Origin: Mycobacteriales bacterium
GTDB lineage: Bacteria; Actinomycetota; Actinomycetes; Mycobacteriales; Mycobacteriaceae
Direction: 5' to 3'
DNA: 64,000 bases
Assembly (NCBI GenBank): GCA_038242295.1
Contig: JBBSSG010000003.1
Span: forward strand, 398-64,397
The position numbers were made by a program, and so were the translations under genes. Shown in pieces: positions 55,066-64,000 of this stretch. Position 1 is the first letter of the stretch. Each line of letters opens with the position of its first letter. The notes beneath the pieces were generated by a model. It searched no databases. It was not told the DNA's origin and worked only from the letters and a program-made list of their open reading frames with translations.

Positions 55066-55494
55066 CCCCTTCTCTTATCGTCGGCGCAAGAATGTTTCCG
55101 CGAGAGAAATCCCCGCCACTACAAGCTAGTGGTTATGGCCGCTGCCCTCCACTCCGCAACAAAGTCAATTGAAAGGTGTTGCACCGGTATTCGGGTGCCG
55201 CACCACCCTTTGTTCGTCAAAGCCGCGCGATAATCGCCGAAAGGCTTGCTATTGCCTCTCTACCCGGCCGCGCAGCACGTTCGGAAGCGAATAAAACACC
55301 GCGTGCCATGTGTGAAAAGTGCTGTCGGAGCCACTTAGTCGACTCATCACGCTACGATCACGAACCGGGGCGGCGAAAAGTCGAGAGCTTCTATTCACAT
55401 CGAACGACACCGTTCGATAGGAATTCTCTTTCCACCCCTGTATCGGCATCGATTCACTCGATGGGATCGCACGCGCGAAGAGGAGCACCGGAGT

Positions 55495-57273
55495 ATGGCC
55501 GACACATCGCATGCCGAACCGCACGCATCGAAACGCACGCGGAAACGACCGATCCTGATCGGCGCGATTATCGTCGTGCTGCTCCTCATCGGATTCGTTG
55601 CATGGCTTGCCTATTCCGCCATAACGGCGCAATCGAACCTCGAGACGACTCGGGATGCGGCCAATCGTGCCAAGAATGCGTTGCTCGACGGCGACATCCC
55701 GGCCGCGCAGGCGGCAGCGGCGGATGCATCGTCTGCGGCAAGCCGCGCTCAGGATGCGACGGGTTCGCTGCCGATGACGGTCACCGCCTCGATCCCGTGG
55801 CTTGGAAGCCCGATCGACACCGTCGTGCAGATCACCGATGTCGTGCACGGCCTCGCGGTCGATGTGCTCGAACCAGCGAGCGCGGCGGGCGCGACGATCT
55901 CGCCGGACACCATCGTCGGCGACGATGGCCAGGTCAACCTGCAAACGCTGATCGACGCCGAACCAATTTTGGCGGACACCTCTGCTGCAGCCCAGGATCT
56001 TTACGCACGGGCTCAGGCCATCGACGAGCCTGCTTACTTCGGCGCCGTCTCGGATGCACGTACGCAGCTCGAGAATCAGACGCACGATCTGGCGGGCCTG
56101 CTCACCAACACCTACACCGCGAGCCAGTTGTTGCCTTCGATGATGGGCGCCGATGGACCGCGCTCCTACTTTTTGGCATTCCAGACGCCTGCCGAGGCGC
56201 GGGGCACCGGCGGCCTCATCGGCGGTTACGGCATTCTGCGGGCCGACAACGGGACAGTCGAGATAGACAAGCTCGGCTCCAATCGCGAACTCGAGTTCGC
56301 CGAGCAGCCCATCGATCTCGGCCCCGAATACAACGCATTGTGGGCGCCGAGAAACACCACCACTGACTTTCGAAACTCCAACGCCAGCCCCAACTTTCCG
56401 TACGCCGGCCAGATATGGACGTCGATGTGGACCGAACAGACCGGTGAGGTCCTCGACGGCGCCATCGCCACCGACCCGATCGCGCTGAGTTACGTTCTCG
56501 AGGCCACTGGCCCCGTCAAACTGCCAGACGGCGAGGAAATTTCGGCCGACAATGTAGTCGAGGTGACGTTGTCGAGTTCTTACTCTCGCTTCGGGGACGA
56601 CCAGTTGGCCCGCAAAAACTATCTCCAGGACATCTCCGCGGCGGTGGTGTCGAAGATGACCAGTGGCGTGGCACCGACGCGTGCACTCATCGACGCCGTC
56701 GGGCGAGCAGGCAGTGAGGGCCGCATCTCGGTGTGGAGCGCCGACCCGGCCGAGCAAGAGATTCTGGCGACAGTGCCGGTGGGCCACACGCTGCCCGACG
56801 GCCCGGAGCCGTACGCGGGTGTCTTCGTCAACAATGCGGGCGGCAACAAACTCGACTACTACCTGACGCGGGACATCACGTATACGGCCGAGAGCTGCGA
56901 CGGACCCACCCGCAAGTCGACGGTGACTGCGACGCTCACCAACAACGTCACCCCTGATGGCCTGACGCCGTATGTGGCGAGCACGTTCCAGCAGGGGGTG
57001 CCGTATGGCACCAACGAGTCGATCGTCTACCTGTACGGCACGCAAGGCGCGAAGATCACCTCCATGTCGGTGGACGGTGTGTCGGCGTTCCCCGTGCAGG
57101 GCGGAACCGAACTCGGGCATCCCGTCAAGGCTGCGTACGTGACCGTCGATCCCGGTGACTCCTCGACGGTCACGTGGGAACTCGAGGAGCCGTCGGTGCC
57201 CGGCAAAGCCACTGTGCCCATGCAGCCGCTGGTAGATACGCCGGACATCACCGTCGACGTCCCCCAGTGCTGA
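55495..57273 (+). CDS. DUF4012 domain membrane-anchored protein (associated with capsule/EPS loci)
   Basis: N-terminal TM, helical region, GPRSYFLAFQTPAEARGTGG, SPNFP and NKLDYY. Confidence 0.88.
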   Translation: MADTSHAEPHASKRTRKRPILIGAIIVVLLLIGFVAWLAYSAITAQSNLETTRDAANRAKNALLDGDIPAAQAAAADASSAASRAQDATGSLPMTVTASIPWLGSPIDTVVQITDVVHGLAVDVLEPASAAGATISPDTIVGDDGQVNLQTLIDAEPILADTSAAAQDLYARAQAIDEPAYFGAVSDARTQLENQTHDLAGLLTNTYTASQLLPSMMGADGPRSYFLAFQTPAEARGTGGLIGGYGILRADNGTVEIDKLGSNRELEFAEQPIDLGPEYNALWAPRNTTTDFRNSNASPNFPYAGQIWTSMWTEQTGEVLDGAIATDPIALSYVLEATGPVKLPDGEEISADNVVEVTLSSSYSRFGDDQLARKNYLQDISAAVVSKMTSGVAPTRALIDAVGRAGSEGRISVWSADPAEQEILATVPVGHTLPDGPEPYAGVFVNNAGGNKLDYYLTRDITYTAESCDGPTRKSTVTATLTNNVTPDGLTPYVASTFQQGVPYGTNESIVYLYGTQGAKITSMSVDGVSAFPVQGGTELGHPVKAAYVTVDPGDSSTVTWELEEPSVPGKATVPMQPLVDTPDITVDVPQC

Positions 57274-57395
57274 TCCGGCCATTTTCGATCGGACAGTGAG
57301 ATTTCCCAAGATCGAGCTGTCAACTCGACACGGGGCTGCGGAACTGTGACTGTTGACGACGACCTATTGCGTTCATAGTTTGGAGAAGTATCCGT

Positions 57396-57980
57396 ATGAA
57401 ACCCTCGTCTCGTTCGATCGTCGCGCTAGCTGCCGCCCTGAGCTTGGGCCTAGCCGGCTGCAGTTCGGATGAGAGCTCCGACGCATCCAACGGCGGTGAC
57501 ATGTGCACCCAGCTCGAGGACATCTCTACGTTCGAGATGGAATCGCAGTCCTCGGCCGCGATCGATCCTTCGGACTGGCCCGCGATGCAGCAGGTATTGC
57601 AGGAGTACGGCGACGGGATCCCCGAGCACTACGACCCGGCGATCGAGACGGCCGACGATGACATCGCCGCCGATCTCACCACCGTGCGCGATGCCAGCAT
57701 CCAGGTCACGAGCCTCGTTACCGAGTCTCCGACCTTCGAGGAGTACCAGAAGCAGACCGAGGCGACTATCGACGTCGATAGCTTCACCGCGGCTCGTGAC
57801 GCCAGCTCGCGTATCGATGCGTATGCGAAGGAGAACTGCGAATTCGCCAAGGAAGCGGAGCAGCCACAGGACGGGCAGGCCCCGCAGATGGAACAAGCTC
57901 CGCAGCAGGATCCGGCCGCACAGGATCCGGCCGCACAGGATCCGGCACAGCAGGAACCAGCTCCGCAGCCTGCCGGATAA
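57396..57980 (+). CDS. Lipoprotein with QDPAA C-terminal repeats
   Basis: Lipobox LAGC after a hydrophobic signal; three 15-bp CAGGATCCGGCMSM-type units at about 57907-57950. Confidence 0.8.
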   Translation: MKPSSRSIVALAAALSLGLAGCSSDESSDASNGGDMCTQLEDISTFEMESQSSAAIDPSDWPAMQQVLQEYGDGIPEHYDPAIETADDDIAADLTTVRDASIQVTSLVTESPTFEEYQKQTEATIDVDSFTAARDASSRIDAYAKENCEFAKEAEQPQDGQAPQMEQAPQQDPAAQDPAAQDPAQQEPAPQPAG

Positions 57981-57991
57981 GTCTCGCGCCC

Positions 57992-58036
57992 CCCGTGTGT
58001 GCGTATCGGGAGTTTGTCCTCCTGCGCACACACGGG
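57992..58036. repeat. REP-like hairpin of the same family as 6237-6284
   Basis: CCCGTGTGTGCGTA...TGCGCACACACGGG just after the lipoprotein stop codon. Confidence 0.75.
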
Positions 58037-58227
58037 TCAGTGCTCGAACTGCGTCGATGCGGGCGCGTTCCACACTCGTCCGTACATCTTTTGAGATGAC
58101 GCCATGACTCCTCGGCGCCCTGCGTCGAAGAGTTCAGTCGAAAGAAACTGGGCCTGGATGTTCCCGACACCGTCGAGCTGAACATTCACTCTGCACGTGA
58201 TTGCGAAAGTTTGCATTGAAAACTGTT

Positions 58228-59838
58228 CTAGGCTGCCGGTTTTCGGCGTCGATGGTAGCTGGGGATAGGTTTTTGTACAGGATCTACCGCGGCGGGCGGG
58301 GTCAGATACGGGTGCCCGTCTTTATCCATGGCGAGCTGCCAGTTCGTGTGATGAATTATTCGGTGGCAGTCGCTACACACGAGGGCGAGGTTGGCGAGGT
58401 CGGTGCGTCCACCGTCGGTCCAGTAGGTGAGATGGTGGATTTGGCACCACTGTGCCGGTCGGCCGCATTTGACGCACCCGCGGTCGCGGACGGTAACCGC
58501 GACGCGCTGCTCTTGGGTGGTGAGTCGGCTAGTGCGGCCCATGGCAAGGGGAACGTCTGCGTTGTCGACGATGATCGGCGTGAGGTCTGCGTCGCAGGTG
58601 AGTAGCTGCGCGAGGGTAAGGCTGATGGGCCCGGTCCAGTCGAGAGAGAAGGGCCCGTCTGCATCGTTCGTCGGCGGTCGCCTGGTGTGGCCGGTGGGTG
58701 TGGGTTGTGATGCCGATCGAGTTGGCAGCTCGGTCATCTCGACAAGTTCGCCAGCCTGTGTTTCGCGCGCGTCAGCGGGTGCTTGTCCGACGCCATTGCC
58801 AGCGTCGGTGCGGGGGTCGGCGAGCAGGTCCCGCAGGTTGACGATGACGTTCACTTTGGCCCGTGCCGCACCGCTCCCCCTGGTGCGATCGCCGGACAAG
58901 TAGTGGTCGAGGAGCTGAGTCAGAGCGTCGGCATTCCTCTTCGACTCTGATCTGTGGTCGCGGGTGCCGTCGATCGCTGGCTGCGGGGCGCAGAGCGGGG
59001 ACAGCGATGATCGCAGCTTCTCGGCGGTGAGCTTATCGAGATTGCCGGTCAGGGTGCTGCGTCCATTTGCCTGCGGGTAGATATCCAACCTGTTCAAGGC
59101 GGCATTCTCCGCAACAGGCAGAGGAGGCGGGCCGGGGTGCAGCAGCGACGCAGGACTACCTACCCCGGAATTGTCGCGAGCATCGGTGCCATCACGATCC
59201 ACAGCGCCATCAAGACCACCATCGGCATCGCCATCACTGGTGCCACCATGATCCCCAGCGCCATCCGATTCGTCAGGCGCCGAAGTACCTCGTTTTTGTT
59301 CCTCCCGAGCATGTTCGCGCAGCGCCTCCTCGTAGCGTGCGCGGGCAGCCTCGGCAGCGGCGTGTGCGAGCTCTTGGGCACGCGTGTTCACGTGCGTCAC
59401 CGTTCGCTCGTATGCGACGGCCAGTAGACGGTCGACAACGTGTCGTGCCTCGTCTTCGGCCAAGGTGGGATCGGCGGTGAGGATGTGGTTGTAGCCATCC
59501 TCGATCGCACGCGCGTGCGCAACGTGAATGTTTCCGTCGACGAGCGCAGACATGACGGTGGGCCAGTCGGCGAGCCAGTGCGCGAGCGAGACCTGGTGTC
59601 CGGCATCACCGTCGGCGACGCGGGTGCCGGTGGCCAACCACCTGGCTGTGGAGGAGGACCTGAGCTTCAGGCCCAGACCGCGTCGGTCGAAAATGGCTAG
59701 CATCGCCAATCTGTTTGCTGCGAGCGCATTTTCGGCGCGGATGATCGCGTCGATGCCGGACACTACCGCTTGATCAGCGAGCTTGTCGACGTCGAATACG
59801 TCCCCTAATGCGCTCCGCAAGTCCCCCAACTCGTGCAT
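58228..59838 (-). CDS. DUF222 / HNH endonuclease (13E12 repeat family) protein
   Basis: RNADAL, LTCDA, RDRGCVKCG, CQIHH, GGRTDLANLALVCSDCH; start set at ATG 59838 from the promoter geometry. Confidence 0.9.
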   Translation of the reverse strand: MHELGDLRSALGDVFDVDKLADQAVVSGIDAIIRAENALAANRLAMLAIFDRRGLGLKLRSSSTARWLATGTRVADGDAGHQVSLAHWLADWPTVMSALVDGNIHVAHARAIEDGYNHILTADPTLAEDEARHVVDRLLAVAYERTVTHVNTRAQELAHAAAEAARARYEEALREHAREEQKRGTSAPDESDGAGDHGGTSDGDADGGLDGAVDRDGTDARDNSGVGSPASLLHPGPPPLPVAENAALNRLDIYPQANGRSTLTGNLDKLTAEKLRSSLSPLCAPQPAIDGTRDHRSESKRNADALTQLLDHYLSGDRTRGSGAARAKVNVIVNLRDLLADPRTDAGNGVGQAPADARETQAGELVEMTELPTRSASQPTPTGHTRRPPTNDADGPFSLDWTGPISLTLAQLLTCDADLTPIIVDNADVPLAMGRTSRLTTQEQRVAVTVRDRGCVKCGRPAQWCQIHHLTYWTDGGRTDLANLALVCSDCHRIIHHTNWQLAMDKDGHPYLTPPAAVDPVQKPIPSYHRRRKPAA

Positions 59839-59845
59839 GCGAAGA

Positions 59846-59867
59846 AAGCTACAGTCCCCCTCCGACA
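59846..59867 (-). promoter_or_regulatory. PafBC-type (RecA-NDp) promoter of the DUF222-HNH gene
   Basis: Exact TGTCGG-N10-TAGCTT followed by 7 nt and ATG. Confidence 0.78.
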
Positions 59868-59875
59868 AGAACCGA

Positions 59876-60295
59876 TCAGTCGTCCAGCTCCGCACTCAGT
59901 GTTCTCACAAACTGAGAAACCCGTTCGGCAATATCGTCTCGGACCAGCCGCATTCGATCGATGCCCTCGATGCCTCGGTTGGACGGCTCATCGGTATCCC
60001 AGTTCTCGAATGTCGGCCCGTCCACGCGCTCGATGAACGCGCCGGTTCCCAACGTGATGACGTGGTCCATTCGAGCCAGTATGCCGGGGTCGATCGGTGC
60101 GGGCCGTTCGCCGGTGAGGTCGACGCCCACTTCGAGCAACGCCTGCGCGGACAGCGGATTCACAGAACCACCCGGATGCGTTCCGGCAGAATGGACTTCC
60201 ACCGCATCGCCGGCGGCTTTGCGCAGCAGACCGGCAGCCATCTGGGACTTGCCACCGTTCTTTACACACACGAACAGCACGCTCGGCTTGTTCAT
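59876..60295 (-). CDS. arsC: Arsenate reductase, LMW-PTP fold, mycothiol-dependent type
   Basis: VLFVCVKNGGKSQMA with a single Cys, as in corynebacterial mycothiol/mycoredoxin ArsC; ATGA overlap with acr3. Confidence 0.85.
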   Translation of the reverse strand: MNKPSVLFVCVKNGGKSQMAAGLLRKAAGDAVEVHSAGTHPGGSVNPLSAQALLEVGVDLTGERPAPIDPGILARMDHVITLGTGAFIERVDGPTFENWDTDEPSNRGIEGIDRMRLVRDDIAERVSQFVRTLSAELDD

Positions 60296-61362
60296 CGGAC
60301 GCTGCCGATCTGGTCGGCAGCTGGCTTGAAGTGCCGACGCAGGGCAAGCGAAACATACACCAGCCCAACGAGTACGGGCACTTCGATCAGCGGCCCGACG
60401 ACGCCGGCGAGCGCTTGCCCCGATGTCGCCCCGTAGGTTGCGATAGCTACGGCGATGGCGAGTTCGAAGTTGTTTCCGGCTGCGGTGAACGCGAGGGTGG
60501 TGGTGCGCGTGTAGCTGAGGCCGAGGGCTGCGCCGAGCGCAAACCCGCCGCCCCACATCACTGTGAAGTACACCAGCAGGGGTATGGCTGTCCGGACGAC
60601 GTCCCAGGGTTGTCCCAAGATCTGATCACCTTGTAGCGCAAAGAGAATGACGATGGTGAACAGCAGACCGTACAGCGCCCACGGCCCGATCTTCGGTAAG
60701 AACGTGCTCTCGTACCAGTCCCTCCCCTTTCTTCTTTCTCCGACCACGCGGGAGAGTAATCCCAGGGCTAATGGAATGCCGAGAAAGATCAGGACTGATT
60801 TCGCGATCTGCCACGGTGAAGCGGAGATCGTGGTCTGGTCGAGGCCGAGCCAACCGGGCAGGACCGATAGGTAGAACCATCCCAGGACAGCGAACATGAC
60901 CACCTGAAAGGCCGAGTTGATGGCCACCAGCACGGCAGCAGCTTCCCGGTCGCCACATGCGAGGTCGTTCCAGATGATGACCATCGCGATGCATCGTGCG
61001 AGACCGACGATGATCAGTCCGGTGCGATACTCGGGCAGATCGGGGAGGAAGAGCCAGGCCAGCGCAAACATCAACGCGGGACCGAGGACCCAGTTCAGCA
61101 CCAGCGAACTCGCGAGTAAGCGCCTGTCGCCGGTGACCGTCGACAGTCTGTCGTAGCGAACCTTCGCCAGGACCGGATACATCATGACCAGCAGACCGAT
61201 CGCGATCGGCAGCGAAATTCCGTCGACGGAGACCGCAGACATGGCGTCGTCGAGTCCCGGAATCACACTTCCGAGCAAAATTCCCGCAACCATCGCGGTG
61301 CCGATCCAGATCGGCAAAAATCGGTCGAGGAGCGAAAGTTTACCGACTACGACGGTTGTCAC
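60292..61362 (-). CDS. acr3: ACR3 arsenite efflux transporter
   Basis: LDRFLPIWI, MMYPVLAKVRY, GLARCIAMV, AGNNFELAIAV and GPLIEVP. Confidence 0.96.
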   Translation of the reverse strand: MTTVVVGKLSLLDRFLPIWIGTAMVAGILLGSVIPGLDDAMSAVSVDGISLPIAIGLLVMMYPVLAKVRYDRLSTVTGDRRLLASSLVLNWVLGPALMFALAWLFLPDLPEYRTGLIIVGLARCIAMVIIWNDLACGDREAAAVLVAINSAFQVVMFAVLGWFYLSVLPGWLGLDQTTISASPWQIAKSVLIFLGIPLALGLLSRVVGERRKGRDWYESTFLPKIGPWALYGLLFTIVILFALQGDQILGQPWDVVRTAIPLLVYFTVMWGGGFALGAALGLSYTRTTTLAFTAAGNNFELAIAVAIATYGATSGQALAGVVGPLIEVPVLVGLVYVSLALRRHFKPAADQIGSVR

Positions 61363-61739
61363 GAGGCCACCGACTCACGTGCATCGACGGTCGGGTCGGC
61401 AGTGAGGAGCATCGACGAGAGCAGTTGCAGGGAGGAGGGAATCACCGAGTAGTAGACCCATGTTCCGCGTCGTTCGCTTTCGACCACCCCGGCCGCGCGC
61501 AGCACTTTCAGGTGATGCGAGATGGTGGGCTGGGTCAGATCGATCGAGTCGGAGATGTCGCAGACGCAGGCTTCACCGCCCGCATGGCTTGCGATCAGAC
61601 TGACCAGGCGCAGGCGCACCGGATCTCCGAGGGCTTTGAACATCACGGCTAAGCCGCTTGCCTGACCGACCGTCAGCGGGTCACTGATCAGCGCAGACCC
61701 GCACTCGCTTGCGGCTGACGCAAGATCTTGATTCGACAT
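61359..61739 (-). CDS. arsR: ArsR family arsenic-responsive repressor
   Basis: FKALGDPVRL, EACVCD, QPTISHHLK and RRGTWVYY. Confidence 0.93.
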   Translation of the reverse strand: MSNQDLASAASECGSALISDPLTVGQASGLAVMFKALGDPVRLRLVSLIASHAGGEACVCDISDSIDLTQPTISHHLKVLRAAGVVESERRGTWVYYSVIPSSLQLLSSMLLTADPTVDARESVAS

Positions 61740-61762
61740 TTGTCTATATTGACATCCATCGA
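61733..61762. promoter_or_regulatory. Two ArsR operator palindromes at the arsR start
   Basis: TCGAC-ATTT-GTCTA (61733) and TTGAC-ATCC-ATCGA (61749). Confidence 0.7.
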
Positions 61763-61927
61763 AACAAATACAAAAACCAGCGCAGGCAAGCGGTCCGCTT
61801 TGTCCATGAAAACCAAGATTTGTGCGTAACCGTAACGTTTGGTCTCATTGTCAACTATGGTCAGACCTGATGAACCCCATGGTTGTAGAGAACTACAGCG
61901 CACCTCAGTCGGCGTTATGGAGGGCTT

Positions 61928-62518
61928 ATGCCGAACCGATCGGCCCGCACCCGTTCGCTTCGGCGGCCGGCTACCGTGACCTTTCTTCTACTGAGCGCTT
62001 CGATACTCGTCCTCACAGCCTGCACGCGCGCTACCGAAGAGCAATCGACCCCCATCGAACGGGTTTCGACCTCCGAGGCAGACCCTGCAGCCACATCGTC
62101 CACACCGCGGGAACCCACAGCACAACCGTCGGCGCCTCAGCCTGTCCCGCTGCTACCACCGAGCTCCGTCGTCTCGGCAGATCCACCTCCTCCCCTCGAC
62201 TCCGACGTTCAGTCGCCACCCGCCCAACAGTCCGCTTCCCTCAACCCGAACATGCAGGTTCCGACGCCGTCCACCCCACGCGCGCCGCCGGCTGCCCCCC
62301 TCGATTCGCGCGGATTCCCGCTGGGTACGACATGTGACGCGTTCTCATGCACCTCGCCGGACGGAATGACGTTCGTCAATCCCGACGCGTTTCCCGAAAT
62401 GAGCGGTAAGGCATCGGAGCTGATCTGCGGGCAGACGTTCTGCCCGCCCCCCGGCTTGCAGATGGTTCCCGATCCACTGCCGTCGACCCCACTGCAGTCG
62501 ACCGGGAGTGCTGAATAG
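61928..62518 (+). CDS. Putative Pro-rich lipoprotein
   Basis: Hydrophobic signal ending LTAC, Pro/Ser-rich linker and small Cys-containing C-terminal part. Confidence 0.55.
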   Translation: MPNRSARTRSLRRPATVTFLLLSASILVLTACTRATEEQSTPIERVSTSEADPAATSSTPREPTAQPSAPQPVPLLPPSSVVSADPPPPLDSDVQSPPAQQSASLNPNMQVPTPSTPRAPPAAPLDSRGFPLGTTCDAFSCTSPDGMTFVNPDAFPEMSGKASELICGQTFCPPPGLQMVPDPLPSTPLQSTGSAE

Positions 62519-62765
62519 TCCACCGATCCACACCCGGCGAGAAGGACTGTTATCGCTCGTCAAACAGGCCTTTTGCCCGGACAGTGGTCCGATCCCCCCT
62601 ACCTCGAATTGACTCTCAACAAGACCCAAACCACCGTTACTGTTCTGTTATGAATCTGTTGCTTTAGCGTGATGCAACCTGCTCGAGGCGGAGATGTTGG
62701 ACTGACAGGCTTCCGTACACACCTCGGTGCAGCAGCACGCCGAACACGATGCAAAGGATGGACCG

Positions 62766-63275
62766 ATGACTATGACCATAACTGCCACCGCTCACCTGAC
62801 GCTCGTCGCCGACCCTGCACCGGAGGCCGAGCCCACCCGCACCGAGCGCAAACCGAGATACACGATCGAGATCGAACGTCAGTCGACGTATTCCCTCCTG
62901 CGGACGTCCGGCGATTTGGACATGGGTGCGCGTGTAGAGCTGACCGACGCCCTCAACCAGTTGATCGCCGACGGCGCCGACATCGTGATGGACATGTCCG
63001 GAGTCACGTTCATGTACTCCGGCATCGCCAACGCTGTGATCAGTGCAGCGTCCATAGCGGAGGGCAACGTCCAGATCTTTGCCCCTACGCGGCCGGTGCA
63101 GATGATCCTCGACGTCCTCGGCGCGGCAGACCTGCTCATCGATCGCCTTCCCGACGCGAACTACACCGCGAAAACTCCCGCGCGAAGCGTCAGTCACCCC
63201 GCCAGCACTAGCGGCGATACCTCGTTTCTTCAGATGTTCGTCGAGGCCGCCACACACATCGACCAGCGCCGCTAG
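62766..63275 (+). CDS. STAS domain protein
   Basis: RTSGDLDM and IVMDMSGVTFMYSG; start uncertain. Confidence 0.75.
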   Translation: MTMTITATAHLTLVADPAPEAEPTRTERKPRYTIEIERQSTYSLLRTSGDLDMGARVELTDALNQLIADGADIVMDMSGVTFMYSGIANAVISAASIAEGNVQIFAPTRPVQMILDVLGAADLLIDRLPDANYTAKTPARSVSHPASTSGDTSFLQMFVEAATHIDQRR

Positions 63276-63573
63276 GTCGATGGCCTGGGCGCCGCTGCCC
63301 GAGCTTCGCAGTGGATCGAGAGGTCGTTCGACGTTACGCCCGCCGCACTGGATGCCTGCCTGCATTCAGTGCGGCGTTTACCTGCGCAGGCCGTCCGACC
63401 TCGACGCAACTCACAATCACCCAATGTTCGGCTTGCCAAACTTGAAGCCTCGGCAAAACTAACTTCATGTACCCTTGTTCGGGCCACATCAATTCGATGA
63501 CAGCAGCGGCCGGCACCTGCTCGCCGGCCCTCGGGCCCACCGAGTCCCGCTGAGATCGAGTGCGCGGAGCTAG

Positions 63574-64000
<427 letters not shown>

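Noticed and set aside
55249-57309. 686-aa minus-strand ORF
   Set aside because: Antisense shadow of the DUF4012 gene
58228-59838. DUF222-HNH gene as an active mobile element
   Set aside because: No terminal repeats or target duplication seen; reported only as a CDS

Overview
High-GC actinobacterial chromosomal DNA; gene content and motifs suggest Rhodococcus or a close mycolata relative (inference). Left end: an AbiEi/DUF559-like gene tail, an S9 peptidase, a SRAP gene with a PafBC-type promoter, alaA, a 6C RNA, a YibE/F gene and ald-aldR. The centre (12.5-31.7 kb) is a surface-polysaccharide gene cluster (flippase, three GT2s, a large polytopic membrane protein, GH16, GH2) combined with a carrier-protein acylation module: ACP, ACAD-like flavoprotein, a seryl-tRNA-synthetase-like amino acid:[carrier protein] ligase, a fused double alpha/beta-hydrolase with a Cys nucleophile, an HxxxD acyltransferase and DUF1839. 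It is flanked by three membrane-anchored Hsp70-like paralogs. This module is the best candidate for an undescribed system: tRNA-independent, ACP-mediated aminoacyl (or oxidised aminoacyl) decoration of a glycan. The right half holds an LMW tyrosine phosphatase, an MviN-like pseudokinase, RsbW/STAS genes, a degenerate Fluc pair, an SOS-box-controlled unknown gene, two arsenic loci sharing one operator motif, a Wzc-like kinase, a 3-module NRPS with a starter C domain, DUF4012, a DUF222-HNH gene and the 5' part of an nrdF with no nrdE immediately upstream. No rRNA, tRNA, CRISPR array or transposase was recognised. All family calls come from motif recognition by eye, not from database searches.
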